Shown here piece after piece: positions 42,941 through 55,049 of a stretch of 62,813 bases of DNA. Under the pieces are notes generated by a model. It ran no database searches. It saw only the letters and a list, made by a program, of their open reading frames with translations, and had not been told where the DNA came from. Origin of the DNA: Gemmatimonadota bacterium (GTDB taxonomy: Bacteria > Gemmatimonadota > Gemmatimonadetes > Gemmatimonadales > GWC2-71-9); NCBI GenBank assembly GCA_024641745.1, contig JAHECL010000002.1, positions 1 to 62,813 on the forward strand, given 5' to 3'. The position numbers were made by a program, and so were the translations under genes. Every line of letters begins with the position of its first letter. Within the stretch, counting starts at the first letter, position 1.

Positions 42941-44185
42941 ATGTTCAAGAGCGAGCGACCGATGAGCCGTTGGAAGCTTTCCACGATTCTGCTTGCAGCC
43001 GCCTGTGCCGACGCCGGCCCGAAGCTCGACGCCCCCGTGGTGACGACGCTTGGGAACGGCGCGGTCGAGGTGAAGAACACCGGGCCGAGCGGGTGGGCCG
43101 ACACCACCGGCTGGAGGCTGGTCGAGCTCTATCGAGTGGGCGGCGCTCAGGCGGAGGATACCCCGGGGGAGCTGGTGGACCCCCAGAGCATCGCGCTCGC
43201 CGCGGCGGGCGGGCTCTTCGTCGCCGACCAGAAGCCCTCGGTGATCAAGCAGTACGGGCCAGATGGAGCGTTCATCCGCAGCTTCGGCCGGGAGGGAGGC
43301 GGCCCCGGCGAGTTCCAGGTGGCGTTCATCGCCGCCGCGCCCGGCTTCCTGGCGCTGCACGATCCGCGGTCGAGCCGGACCAGTGTCTTCGATTCGGCCG
43401 GGAACTTCATCCGGAGCTGGCCGTCGAGCTGCTGCTACTGGTCGAGTATCCTCGTCAGCCGTGACACGCTCATTCACGTGCCGACCTCGGGCCCCCCCAC
43501 CGCGATGGGGGAGCCGGGCAATACCTATTACCTGCGCTACCGGCTCGACGGGACCTTCGTGGACACCATGGTGATTGACACGCCGCGCCCAGACGGCGCC
43601 CAGAACTTCTGGATGCTGCAGGGGGGCTCCGGAAACAACAAGATGTCGATGATGCTCGGCATCCCCCTGGCTCCCGATGCGACGTGGGCGCTCGACCCGG
43701 CCGGCGGCGCCGTCGTGGGATGGACGGCCGACTATCGATTCGTGGCGACGCAGACAGGCCGGGACACAACCCAGGTCGTCGAACTGGCGCGGAGTCCCGT
43801 CGCCATCCCCGAGGAGCGTCGGGTGCGCATCCGGGACTCGATGGTAAACGACTACGCGAGGCAATTCGACCGGCAGGCGGTGGAGGACGCCTTCAAGCTG
43901 TCGGGCATTCCGGCCACCGCCCCCTTCTTCGAATCGATCCAGGTGGACGGTCGGCGCAACCGGTGGCTGCGCCCCGACGACGGCGGGAACAGGGCCAACG
44001 CACGCTTCGACGTCTTCGATTCCACCGGCGCCTACCTTGGCGCGGTACCGGTGCCGGGCACCTTCGGCAACTCCTGGCGGACGGAATGGGGGATGGACCG
44101 GGTCGCGACGGTCGCCGAGGACGACGATGGGTTGCCGGTGGTGGTGGTCTACCGGATCGAGCGAGCCAAGGGTGGTGCACCGTGA
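42941..44185 (+). CDS. Beta-propeller lipoprotein (NHL/6-bladed type), paralog 3
   Basis: The start is the ATG at 42941 or 42962 (MSRWKLSTILLAAAC lipobox). It contains GGPGEF and the family C-terminal motifs (PATAPFFESIQVDGRRNRWL, RFDVFDSTGAYLGAVPVP, VVVVYRIE). Its stop overlaps the RND adaptor start. Confidence 0.75.
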   Translation: MFKSERPMSRWKLSTILLAAACADAGPKLDAPVVTTLGNGAVEVKNTGPSGWADTTGWRLVELYRVGGAQAEDTPGELVDPQSIALAAAGGLFVADQKPSVIKQYGPDGAFIRSFGREGGGPGEFQVAFIAAAPGFLALHDPRSSRTSVFDSAGNFIRSWPSSCCYWSSILVSRDTLIHVPTSGPPTAMGEPGNTYYLRYRLDGTFVDTMVIDTPRPDGAQNFWMLQGGSGNNKMSMMLGIPLAPDATWALDPAGGAVVGWTADYRFVATQTGRDTTQVVELARSPVAIPEERRVRIRDSMVNDYARQFDRQAVEDAFKLSGIPATAPFFESIQVDGRRNRWLRPDDGGNRANARFDVFDSTGAYLGAVPVPGTFGNSWRTEWGMDRVATVAEDDDGLPVVVVYRIERAKGGAP

Positions 44186-45282
44186 GGCTTGGCATCCTGA
44201 TCGGTTGGCTCGCAGCGGTGCTTGCCCTCCCCGCGTGCTCCGGCAAGAAGGCCGAGGCGGCGGACGCCGCTGCCGACTCGACCGCCGTCCTGCCCTCGTC
44301 GCTCTCGCTGCCGGTCGTCGGCCGCGAGGTGCGAAAGGGCGACCTCGTCCTGAGCGTCGTCACCACCGGACAGGTGCGCTCCGATGCCGTGGCCGAACTC
44401 AAGTTCGAGGCCGCGGGCACGGTGGACGAGGTGCTGGTCCGGCCCGGGCAGTCGGTCAAGCAGGGCGCCCCGTTGCTCCGGCTCGACCCACGCCCCTTCG
44501 ACCTGGCGGTGCAGGAAGCGCAGGCCGGTGCCGACCAGGCGGAAATGCTCTACCTCGACGCCATCGTCCCGGACTCCCTTGTCACCGGCCAGCCTCCGAC
44601 CCCCGAACGCCGCAAGAACGCCATGGCCCGCTCCGGCCTCCTCGGTGCGCGCGCCCGGCTCGGCAAGGCGCAACTCGACCGCGAGCGCTCGGTGCTCACC
44701 GCGCCGTTCGATGGTGTGGTGGACCGTATGGAAGTGGCCGACGGGGAGCGGGTGTCGGTGGGCCAGGACGCCGCCACGGTGGTGGACCTGAAGCACCTCC
44801 GCATCGAGGCGCAGGTGCTGGAGCACGACCTCCCACTGATTCAGGTCGGCGGGCAGGCGGTGGTGACCACCGCGGCCGCGCCCGGCAAGCAGATCATCGG
44901 GCGGATCGAGGCCGTCCTGCCCCTGATTGATTCGACCACACGCTCGGGTCGCGCCCTGGTGGTGGTGCCGAGCGGCAACGGGATGCTGCGGCCGGGGATG
45001 TACGCCGACCTGCGGCTCGAGGCCGCCCGCCTGCCGAGCCGGATCCTCGTGCCCTCGCGGGCGGTGATCGAGCGGGACGGGCGCCCGCTGGTGTTCGTGG
45101 TGAAGGGCGGGCGCGCGCAGTGGGTCTACATCAGCCCCGGCCGCAACAACGGGGTGGATACCGAGGTGCTTCCCGATTCGTCGAGCAACGAGATTCCCGT
45201 CGCCATCGGCGACACGGTATTGATCGAGGGGCACCTGACGCTGACCCACGACGCGCCGGTGAAGCTGGTCTCGGACGAATGA
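44182..45282 (+). CDS. RND efflux periplasmic adaptor (membrane fusion protein) lipoprotein
   Basis: The GTG at 44182 forms a GTGA overlap with the upstream stop. The lipobox is LALPAC. It carries the barrel-sandwich and lipoyl-type motifs (LRLDPRPFDLAV...VLTAPFDGVV...). The track ORF from 43684 was trimmed. Confidence 0.9.
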   Translation: MRLGILIGWLAAVLALPACSGKKAEAADAAADSTAVLPSSLSLPVVGREVRKGDLVLSVVTTGQVRSDAVAELKFEAAGTVDEVLVRPGQSVKQGAPLLRLDPRPFDLAVQEAQAGADQAEMLYLDAIVPDSLVTGQPPTPERRKNAMARSGLLGARARLGKAQLDRERSVLTAPFDGVVDRMEVADGERVSVGQDAATVVDLKHLRIEAQVLEHDLPLIQVGGQAVVTTAAAPGKQIIGRIEAVLPLIDSTTRSGRALVVVPSGNGMLRPGMYADLRLEAARLPSRILVPSRAVIERDGRPLVFVVKGGRAQWVYISPGRNNGVDTEVLPDSSSNEIPVAIGDTVLIEGHLTLTHDAPVKLVSDE

Positions 45283-45289
45283 GGGCGCG

Positions 45290-48200
45290 TTGAGCCTCAG
45301 TGCGTCGTCCGTCCGCCGCCCCGTCTCCACCATCGCGGCGGTCCTCGGCCTCGTCTTGCTCGGCAGCGTCTCGCTGGGCCGCCTGCCCGTCGCTCTCCTG
45401 CCTGACGTCACTCTTCCCGTCCTCACCATCCGCACCGACCTCTCCGGCGCGGCACCGCCGGAGGTCAGCCGTTTCGTGGCGGAACCGATCGAGGAGGCGA
45501 TCGCCGCGACGCCCGGCCTGGTGGAACTCCGTTCGGTGGCGCGCACCGGTCAGCTGACCACCACCGCCCGCTTCGCCTGGGGCACCGACATGGCGTCCAC
45601 GGTGCTGACAGTGCGCGAACGGCTCGACAACGCCCGCGGGCTCCTCCCCGACCAGGCCAGCCGCCCGACGCTCCTCACCAGCGATCCCGGCGAGCGGCCC
45701 ATCGCGGTGCTGGCGCTCACCGGACCCGGCGACCTCCGCTCCGTCAGCCGCACTGCCGAAGAGGTGCACGCCCGTCGGCTGGAACAGCTGGAGGGTGTGG
45801 CGAGCGTGGCGGTGGTGGGCGCGCCGAAGGACGAGATCCGCGTCGACGTGGATCCGGCACGGATGCGCGCCCTCGGTCTCTCGCCGACCGACGTAGCCCG
45901 CGCCATCGAGGCCGCCAATGCCACCGCCCCTGGCGGCACCATCCGCCGCGGACAGTTTCGCTTCTCGGTGCGGGCCCTCACGGAGTTCCGGACATCAGAG
46001 GAAATTGGCGCCACGCCGGTCGGCCCCGCGCAGCGGGGCATCACCCTCGCCGACATCGCGACGATTTCCCTCTCGACCGCCGATCCGCTCACCATGGTGC
46101 AGCTCGACGGCTCTCCCGCCGTCGGCCTCGTCGTCTACAAGGATGCCGGCGCCAACACCGTCGCCGTCACCCAGCGGATCTACGGCTCGCTGGGGCAGCT
46201 GGAGGAGGAGTTCCCCGAGATCGGGATGACGGTCGTGGCCGCCCAGGCCCGCTTCGTCCGGGACGCCCTCTCCAATCTCGGGCAGGAAATCGTCCTCGGC
46301 GGGTTCCTCTCGCTCCTGGTCATCCTCTTCTTCCTCCGCGACTGGCGCGCCTCGCTCGCCATCGGTCTTATCGTCCCGCTGTCGGTGCTGATCGCACTGG
46401 TGCTCCTCCAGTTGCTCCACGTCAGCGTCAACATCCTTTCGCTCGGTGGCCTGGCACTCGGCGTCGGCCTCCTGGTCGACAATGCGATCGTGGTGGCCGA
46501 GGCGGGGGCCCGCCTCCGGGACCAGGGAATCGCGCCGGACACCGCGGCGATCATGGCAGGAGAGGAAGTCTCCGGCCCGCTCACCGCCGGCACATTGACG
46601 ACGCTGCTGGTGTTCGGGCCGATCATATTCGTGCAGGGGCTGGCCGCCGCACTGTTCCGCGACCTCTCGCTCAGCGTGGTCACCTCGCTCAGCGCCGCAC
46701 TGATCCTGGCGCTGACACTGATGCCGGTGATGATGGCTCGGAGGAAGCGCGCGGCACGAGACGGCTCGCCTTCCACACCGGTGTGGGGTGCCCGAACGGG
46801 GGCCCACCTCACCGACCTGTATGAACGCGGCATGCACTGGTCACTCGACCATCCACCGCGCGTCTTCGCCATCGCGGTGGGCAGTGTCCTCGTCATGACG
46901 CTGCTCGCCTCGCGGTTGCCCAAGGAGATCCTGCCCCAGGTCGACGAGGGGGTGGTGGTGGCGGGCCTTTCCCTGCCGGAAGGCACCGCCATCGAGGAGA
47001 CCGCCCGCCAGGCGAAACGGCTCGAGACCGCTGCCGAAGAACTCGGATCCGTGGGGGTGTACGCGCGGATTGGCGCGGCGACCGACGAGGAGGTGTTGTC
47101 GGGAGCCGATCCCGGGTCATCGAGCACCGCACAGTTGATCATCCCTGTCCCCGTGAGCAGGAGCGCCGCCCGCTTTGCAGAGGCGCTCCGCACCCGCGTA
47201 CCGGACCTCGCCGCCGGCGCGCTGGCGCTCGACCTGGCGGGGCAGACGGAATTCGGCAGCCTCATCGGCCGCGAGGGCCGCCTCGTCCGGGTGGAGGTCG
47301 GCGCGCCCCGGCTGGCAATGTCCGCCGCCTGGGCCGACACGGTGCGTACGGCGATGGCCACCCTGCCGCGGCTCTCCGACGTGCGGGAGTCGCAGCGCGG
47401 CACCCAGCCGATGATCGAGATTTCGCTGGAACGGCAGCGGATCGCCGAGCGCGGCATCGATGTGCAGGCGGTGGCCGCGGCGCTGGCCGGTGGGCTCGGC
47501 GGGGTCAGCGCCAGCGAACTGCGGGAGACCGATCGCCGCACGCCCATCACCGTCCGCCTGGCCGGTAACGCCAATGAGGATCTCGGTGCCGCGCTGCAGA
47601 CGACCATCAAGGGCGTGCCGGTCGGCGACCTGGTGTCGGTGCGGGAGGTGCGCGCGCCGATCGAGGTGGTACGCGTCAACCAGCGGCCGGTCACCGTGGT
47701 CGAGGCGACGGTGGAGACGGGCGGCACCGCCCGCGCCAGCAGCGACGTATCGAAGCTCCTGGCGACGCTCTCGCCGCCGCCCGGCATCACCTGGACCTTG
47801 AGCGGCGCCGACCAGGAACGCCGCCGCACCAGCCAGGAGCTGCTGCTCGTCGCACTGCTGTCGATTGCGCTCGTCTTCCTGGTGCTGGCCGGCGAGTTCG
47901 CATCGTTCACCGTGCCGCTGGTCATCATGCTCACCGTGCCGCTCGCCGCCGCGGGCGGCATCGTGGTCCTCTGGCTGACCGGGCAGAGCCTCAACGCCGT
48001 CTCGATGATCGGGATGGTGGTGATGATCGGCATCGCCGACAACGACGCGGTGGTCAAGCTCGACGCCATCCGGCGATTCCGCGCCGAGGGGCTCCCCCTG
48101 CGCGAGGCGATCATCGCCGGCGGGCGCCAGCGGCTCCGCGCGATCGCCATGACGTCCCTCACCACCATCATGGGCGTGCTGCCGCTGGTCTTCGGCTTCG

Positions 48201-48364
48201 GGAGCGGCGGGGAACTCTACCAGCCCCTCGCCGCCGGCGTGATCGGCGGGTCGGTCTCTGCGACCCTCGTGACCTTCTTCTTGATGCCCACCGCCTACTA
48301 CGTCATCGAACGGCGATCCGAAGACGCTGCCCATCGTTCCGTCGCCCCGTCTGCCCGTCCATGA
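45290..48364 (+). CDS. RND family efflux permease (AcrB/MdtB-like), copy 1
   Basis: 1024 aa with a 12-TM AcrB architecture and a TTG start. Confidence 0.95.
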   Translation: MSLSASSVRRPVSTIAAVLGLVLLGSVSLGRLPVALLPDVTLPVLTIRTDLSGAAPPEVSRFVAEPIEEAIAATPGLVELRSVARTGQLTTTARFAWGTDMASTVLTVRERLDNARGLLPDQASRPTLLTSDPGERPIAVLALTGPGDLRSVSRTAEEVHARRLEQLEGVASVAVVGAPKDEIRVDVDPARMRALGLSPTDVARAIEAANATAPGGTIRRGQFRFSVRALTEFRTSEEIGATPVGPAQRGITLADIATISLSTADPLTMVQLDGSPAVGLVVYKDAGANTVAVTQRIYGSLGQLEEEFPEIGMTVVAAQARFVRDALSNLGQEIVLGGFLSLLVILFFLRDWRASLAIGLIVPLSVLIALVLLQLLHVSVNILSLGGLALGVGLLVDNAIVVAEAGARLRDQGIAPDTAAIMAGEEVSGPLTAGTLTTLLVFGPIIFVQGLAAALFRDLSLSVVTSLSAALILALTLMPVMMARRKRAARDGSPSTPVWGARTGAHLTDLYERGMHWSLDHPPRVFAIAVGSVLVMTLLASRLPKEILPQVDEGVVVAGLSLPEGTAIEETARQAKRLETAAEELGSVGVYARIGAATDEEVLSGADPGSSSTAQLIIPVPVSRSAARFAEALRTRVPDLAAGALALDLAGQTEFGSLIGREGRLVRVEVGAPRLAMSAAWADTVRTAMATLPRLSDVRESQRGTQPMIEISLERQRIAERGIDVQAVAAALAGGLGGVSASELRETDRRTPITVRLAGNANEDLGAALQTTIKGVPVGDLVSVREVRAPIEVVRVNQRPVTVVEATVETGGTARASSDVSKLLATLSPPPGITWTLSGADQERRRTSQELLLVALLSIALVFLVLAGEFASFTVPLVIMLTVPLAAAGGIVVLWLTGQSLNAVSMIGMVVMIGIADNDAVVKLDAIRRFRAEGLPLREAIIAGGRQRLRAIAMTSLTTIMGVLPLVFGFGSGGELYQPLAAGVIGGSVSATLVTFFLMPTAYYVIERRSEDAAHRSVAPSARP

Positions 48365-51300
48365 TTGCCTGGGCCGTCCACCGTCCCGCCGTCATCGCCG
48401 CGACGGCGATCGCGCTCTGCCTCGCCGGCGGGGTCGCCTTCACGCGGCTGCCGCTGGCCACGCGCACCACCGTGGAGCTCCCCCGCATCCGGGTGAGCGT
48501 GGATTGGCCCGGCGCCGCGGCCGAGGTGGTGGAGACCTACCTCACCTCGCCGATCGAGGCGGCGGTGCAGGCGGTGCGCGGCGTCCGGAAGACCAGCAGC
48601 GAGTCGCGCGAGGGGCAGGCCAGCCTCACCATCGAACTGGATCCCGCCGCCGATGTGCGGATGGTGCGGCTTGCCATCCTGGAGCGGATGGAGCTCCTCC
48701 GGCCCGACTTCCCGCCCGGCGCCCGCGCGCCGCGGGTGGCCAACTGGGTGCCGGAAGAACTCGATGAACGCCCCCTCATCCGGTACACCATCACCGGCCC
48801 CTATACCGCCGGCGCGCTGAGCCGGATTGCCCGCGACGACATCGTGCCCCGCCTGAGCGCCGTCCCCGGCGTGGCCGGTATCAATACCCAGGGCAGTGCG
48901 GATCTCGGCGTCTCGGTGGCCTACGATCCGAGCTTCCTCCGCCAGCAGGGAGTCTCCCCCGGTCTCCTCTTTGAGGCCATCAGCGGCTCCCGCATCGTCT
49001 CCTCCCTCGGCAACGAGCGGCTCGGCGCGTCGGTCCGTACCGTGGTCCTGCGCGACCAGCCCGGTGCTATCGAGGACCTGGCCGACCTCCCGATTGCCGG
49101 CTCCGGCGGGCGGGTCTTCCGGCTCGGCGATCTCGCCACCGTCCGACCCGAGGAGGACGCCGGCGGCCGATTCTACCGGATCAACGGCTTGCCCGCGGTG
49201 TCCCTCGACGTGGCGCGCCTCGCCGCCGCCGACGCCATCCAGACCGCGGCCCGGGTCCGGGCACTCGTCGCCGAGCTGCAGCCGATCCTTCCCCCCGGCG
49301 TCCGGCTCCGCATCGAGGACGACGAGAGCGTCGAGCTGGCCAGGCAACTGACCGGCCTGGTCCGCCGCGGGCTCCTGGCCGCGGTGTCAGTGGCGTTGGT
49401 CCTCCTGCTCACCCTGCGGAACATCCGCGCCACCGCGCTGGTGCTCGGTAGCGCCGCCGTCGCCATCGCCGGCACCGCGCTCGGCCTCTATCTCCTCGAG
49501 ATCCCCGCCAATCTCCTGACGCTCGCCGGACTCGGCATGGGCATCGGCGTGCTGGTGCAGAACGGCCTGGTGGTGATGGAGCGGCTGCGCACCGCGCCCG
49601 ATACGCCGGAGGGCCGCGCCGAGGCGGGGAAGCGGATCATGCCGGCGGTGGTGGGGAGCACCCTCACCACGGCCGTGGTGCTTCTCCCCTTCCTCTACCT
49701 GCAGGGCAACGCCCGGGCGGCGTTTGTGCCGTTTGCGGCGGCGTTCGCGCTGGCGCTCGGATCGTCGGTGCTCTCGTCGCTGATCATGGTGCCCGCCCTC
49801 GGCGCAGGGCATGGCGTGGCCCGCGGCGGCTGGCCGCGGCTCGATCGCGCCTATCGGTGGGTGCTCATCACGCTGCTCCGCTGGCGCTGGGTGACCATCG
49901 GCCTGACGACCGCCGCGCTGGCGTTCCTGACCTGGGGATTCGTCAACAAGGTCCCCCGCTACAACTGGGGCGACTGGTTTGGCCAGCGGACCACGCTCAG
50001 CGCCTCCCTCGGATTCCCGCGGGGGTCGGATCCCGTCAGCCTCGACAATGGGATGCGGGAGTTCGAGAAGATCGTGGTCGGCGTCCCCGGGGTGGAGCAG
50101 GTGGTGACGCTGGCGATGGGGGACCGTGCCTACATGCGGGTGCTCTTCGAGAAGAAGGCCGGGCTCGGCGCCCTGCCCGGCCAGATGCAGGAGGCGCTCA
50201 CCCAGCGGGCAGTGCTGATCGGCGGCGCCAGCGTGTCGGTGCAGGGGAGCGGACCCGGATTCAATTCCGGCTATGGCAGCGGCGGCAGCGTCTCCTACCG
50301 GGTCAAGCTCCTCGGCTATTCGTTTGACGGCGTCGAGCGGCTGGCGCTCGACCTCAAGGAGCGGCTGGAGCGGATTCCGCGGGTGCGGGACGTCGACATC
50401 AACGCCGGCAGCTTCTGGGGGGGCGACAAGGCGTTCGCGGTCACGCTGCTGCCCGATCGCGCCGCGCTGGCGCACTACGGGCTGACCGCGCGGGACCTCG
50501 CGGCGGCGGTGTCGCGCGAGGTGCGCGGGCCGGTGGGCGCCCAGCGGATCGACATCGGCGGCGAGGAGATCGAGGTGAACCTCAAGGCGGCGGGGGCCCG
50601 GGAGCGGAGTCTCGCCGAGCTGCGTGCCGCTCTCGTCCCGAACCGGGCGGGCGCCCCGGTGCGCATCGGCGACCTGGCGACCATCGAGGAGCGGGAGGGC
50701 CTCGGTACCGTCATGCGCGAGGACCAGCAGTATGTGCGGGTGGTGGGGTACGACTTCCGTGGGCCCAACAAGCTCGCCGAGCGGACCCACAATGCCTTCA
50801 TGGCGTCGATTGCGGTGCCCCCGGGATACTCGGTGGCCGACCAGCGCTTCGACTTCGAACGGGACGAGAGCGGCAAGGGGCTCTGGCTGGTCTTCGCCAT
50901 CGGCGTGGTCCTGGTGGTGCTCGCGGTGGCGCTGGTGTTCGACTCGGTCTGGGCGACCGTGATGGTGTCCCTCAGCCTGCCGATCGCGGTGGCCGGCGTG
51001 GCGGCGGCCTTCTGGGTGGCGGGGGCGGCCTTCGGGCGGGAGGCGGCGGTCGGCGTGATCCTGGTGGTGGGACTGGCGGTCAACCAGGCGATCCTGCTCG
51101 TGCACGGCGCCCTGGAGCGGCGGGCCGGCGGGCCGGCGGGGAGACGGGAACGACTCTCGGGGGCGGATGTCGTGCGGGTGGCGCGCGATCGGTCGGCGAT
51201 GATCGTGCTCGTCACCCTCACCACCGTGGCGAGCCTGCTGCCGCTCGCGATCGGGACTGATCCCGACTCCCTCTTCGGGTCAATCGCCCTGGCCACGGCG

Positions 51301-51414
51301 GGCGGGATCGTCTTCGGGACCATCGGCGCGATGTTCGTGCTGCCGGTGCTGCTGGCGGGGCGGAGACAGACGCAGCCACGCGGCAAGGGTGGCCCCCGGT
51401 CCATCCCGTTGTAA
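48361..51414 (+). CDS. RND family efflux permease (AcrB/MdtC-like), copy 2
   Basis: 1017 aa. The ATG overlaps the stop of copy 1 (ATGA at 48361-48364). Confidence 0.95.
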   Translation: MIAWAVHRPAVIAATAIALCLAGGVAFTRLPLATRTTVELPRIRVSVDWPGAAAEVVETYLTSPIEAAVQAVRGVRKTSSESREGQASLTIELDPAADVRMVRLAILERMELLRPDFPPGARAPRVANWVPEELDERPLIRYTITGPYTAGALSRIARDDIVPRLSAVPGVAGINTQGSADLGVSVAYDPSFLRQQGVSPGLLFEAISGSRIVSSLGNERLGASVRTVVLRDQPGAIEDLADLPIAGSGGRVFRLGDLATVRPEEDAGGRFYRINGLPAVSLDVARLAAADAIQTAARVRALVAELQPILPPGVRLRIEDDESVELARQLTGLVRRGLLAAVSVALVLLLTLRNIRATALVLGSAAVAIAGTALGLYLLEIPANLLTLAGLGMGIGVLVQNGLVVMERLRTAPDTPEGRAEAGKRIMPAVVGSTLTTAVVLLPFLYLQGNARAAFVPFAAAFALALGSSVLSSLIMVPALGAGHGVARGGWPRLDRAYRWVLITLLRWRWVTIGLTTAALAFLTWGFVNKVPRYNWGDWFGQRTTLSASLGFPRGSDPVSLDNGMREFEKIVVGVPGVEQVVTLAMGDRAYMRVLFEKKAGLGALPGQMQEALTQRAVLIGGASVSVQGSGPGFNSGYGSGGSVSYRVKLLGYSFDGVERLALDLKERLERIPRVRDVDINAGSFWGGDKAFAVTLLPDRAALAHYGLTARDLAAAVSREVRGPVGAQRIDIGGEEIEVNLKAAGARERSLAELRAALVPNRAGAPVRIGDLATIEEREGLGTVMREDQQYVRVVGYDFRGPNKLAERTHNAFMASIAVPPGYSVADQRFDFERDESGKGLWLVFAIGVVLVVLAVALVFDSVWATVMVSLSLPIAVAGVAAAFWVAGAAFGREAAVGVILVVGLAVNQAILLVHGALERRAGGPAGRRERLSGADVVRVARDRSAMIVLVTLTTVASLLPLAIGTDPDSLFGSIALATAGGIVFGTIGAMFVLPVLLAGRRQTQPRGKGGPRSIPL

Positions 51415-51442
51415 ATCAAGGCCTTACAACCGCTCTCCGCAG

Positions 51443-51472
51443 TTGATTTCCCCCCTTGAAAGAGGGTATATT
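51443..51472 (+). promoter_or_regulatory. Candidate sigma70-type promoter upstream of gyrA
   Basis: TTGATT (51443-51448), an 18-nt spacer, then TATATT (51467-51472), in a locally AT-enriched gap. Confidence 0.3.
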
Positions 51473-51530
51473 TGGACGTTCCCGGTGGCCTGGCCGGTCA
51501 CCCGGTTGTCCGCACCAACCCCGAGTCCAC

Positions 51531-54044
<2,514 letters not shown>

Positions 54045-54089
54045 CCTCGCGTGCTTGCCCCCGTCCGGCCGGGACCGTAGGTTAGCGCC

Positions 54090-55049
54090 GTGAGTCGCCC
54101 GGCCGTCACCCTCGACGACATCCGCAGCGCGGCCGGGACGATCGCGGGCGTAACGTCCCGCACTCCGCTCATCGAAATGCCGGCGCTGACGAAGCTCGCC
54201 GGGCACTCGGTCGCCCTCAAGTGCGAACAGCTCCAGCCGATCGGCGCCTTCAAGGTGCGCGGCGCCTACAACGCCATCCAGCGCATGCCGAAGGACGCGC
54301 GGGCGCGAGGCGTCATCACCTACTCGAGCGGCAATCACGGCCTGGCGGTGTCGTGGGCGGCGTCGAAGGTGGGTGTCCGCGCCGTGATCGTGATGCCGGA
54401 GACCGCCCCGCAGGTCAAGGTGGACGGGGTGCGCAAGCTTGGCGGCGAGGTGGTGTTCGTCGGTCCCCGCTCGCTCGACCGTAAGGAGAAGGCAGAGGAG
54501 ATCTGCGCCGCCGAGGGGCTGGCGATGCTGCCGCCCTTCGACCACCCCGATGTCATCGCGGGGCAGGGCACCTGCGGCGTGGAAATCCTGGAGGCGTGGC
54601 CCCACGTCGAGACCATCCTCGTCCCGGTCGGTGGCGGCGGGTTGCTGGCCGGGATCTGCGTGGCGGTGGCCGGCATGCACCCCGAGGTGAGGGTGGTCGC
54701 GGTGGAGCCGGAGGGCGCGGCCAAGCTGACCGCCGCCATGCAAGCCGGCGGCCCCTCCACACTCGAGCGCGCCACCAGCATGGCCGACGGGTTGCTCACC
54801 CTGTCGGTCGGCTCGATGACCTATCCGCTCATCGCGCCGGTGATTCACGAGGTGGTGACGGTGTCCGACGCAGAGATCGCAGACGCCGTCCGCCTGCTCC
54901 ACCGGGAGGCTGGCCTGCGGGTGGAGCCGTCCGGGGCGGTCACGACGGCGGCCCTGCTCGCCAGGAAGGTACGGCCGCACGGCCCCACGGTGGCGGTCGT
55001 GAGCGGCGGCAACATGGATACAGACACCTTCGACCGACTGGTGAGCTGA
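54090..55049 (+). CDS. PLP-dependent threonine/serine dehydratase (short, no ACT domain; serine-racemase-like)
   Basis: 319 aa with a GTG start. PIGAFKVRGAYN carries the PLP lysine, and VPVGGGGL is the phosphate-binding Gly loop. Confidence 0.85.
   Translation: MSRPAVTLDDIRSAAGTIAGVTSRTPLIEMPALTKLAGHSVALKCEQLQPIGAFKVRGAYNAIQRMPKDARARGVITYSSGNHGLAVSWAASKVGVRAVIVMPETAPQVKVDGVRKLGGEVVFVGPRSLDRKEKAEEICAAEGLAMLPPFDHPDVIAGQGTCGVEILEAWPHVETILVPVGGGGLLAGICVAVAGMHPEVRVVAVEPEGAAKLTAAMQAGGPSTLERATSMADGLLTLSVGSMTYPLIAPVIHEVVTVSDAEIADAVRLLHREAGLRVEPSGAVTTAALLARKVRPHGPTVAVVSGGNMDTDTFDRLVS

Noticed and set aside
46180-51105. Minus-strand ORFs of 663 aa (46180..48171), 405 aa (47117..48334), 349 aa (48298..49347) and 572 aa (49387..51105).
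   Set aside because: They are antisense to the two RND permease genes, which have unmistakable AcrB-type sequence. The shadow ORFs have no recognisable motifs.
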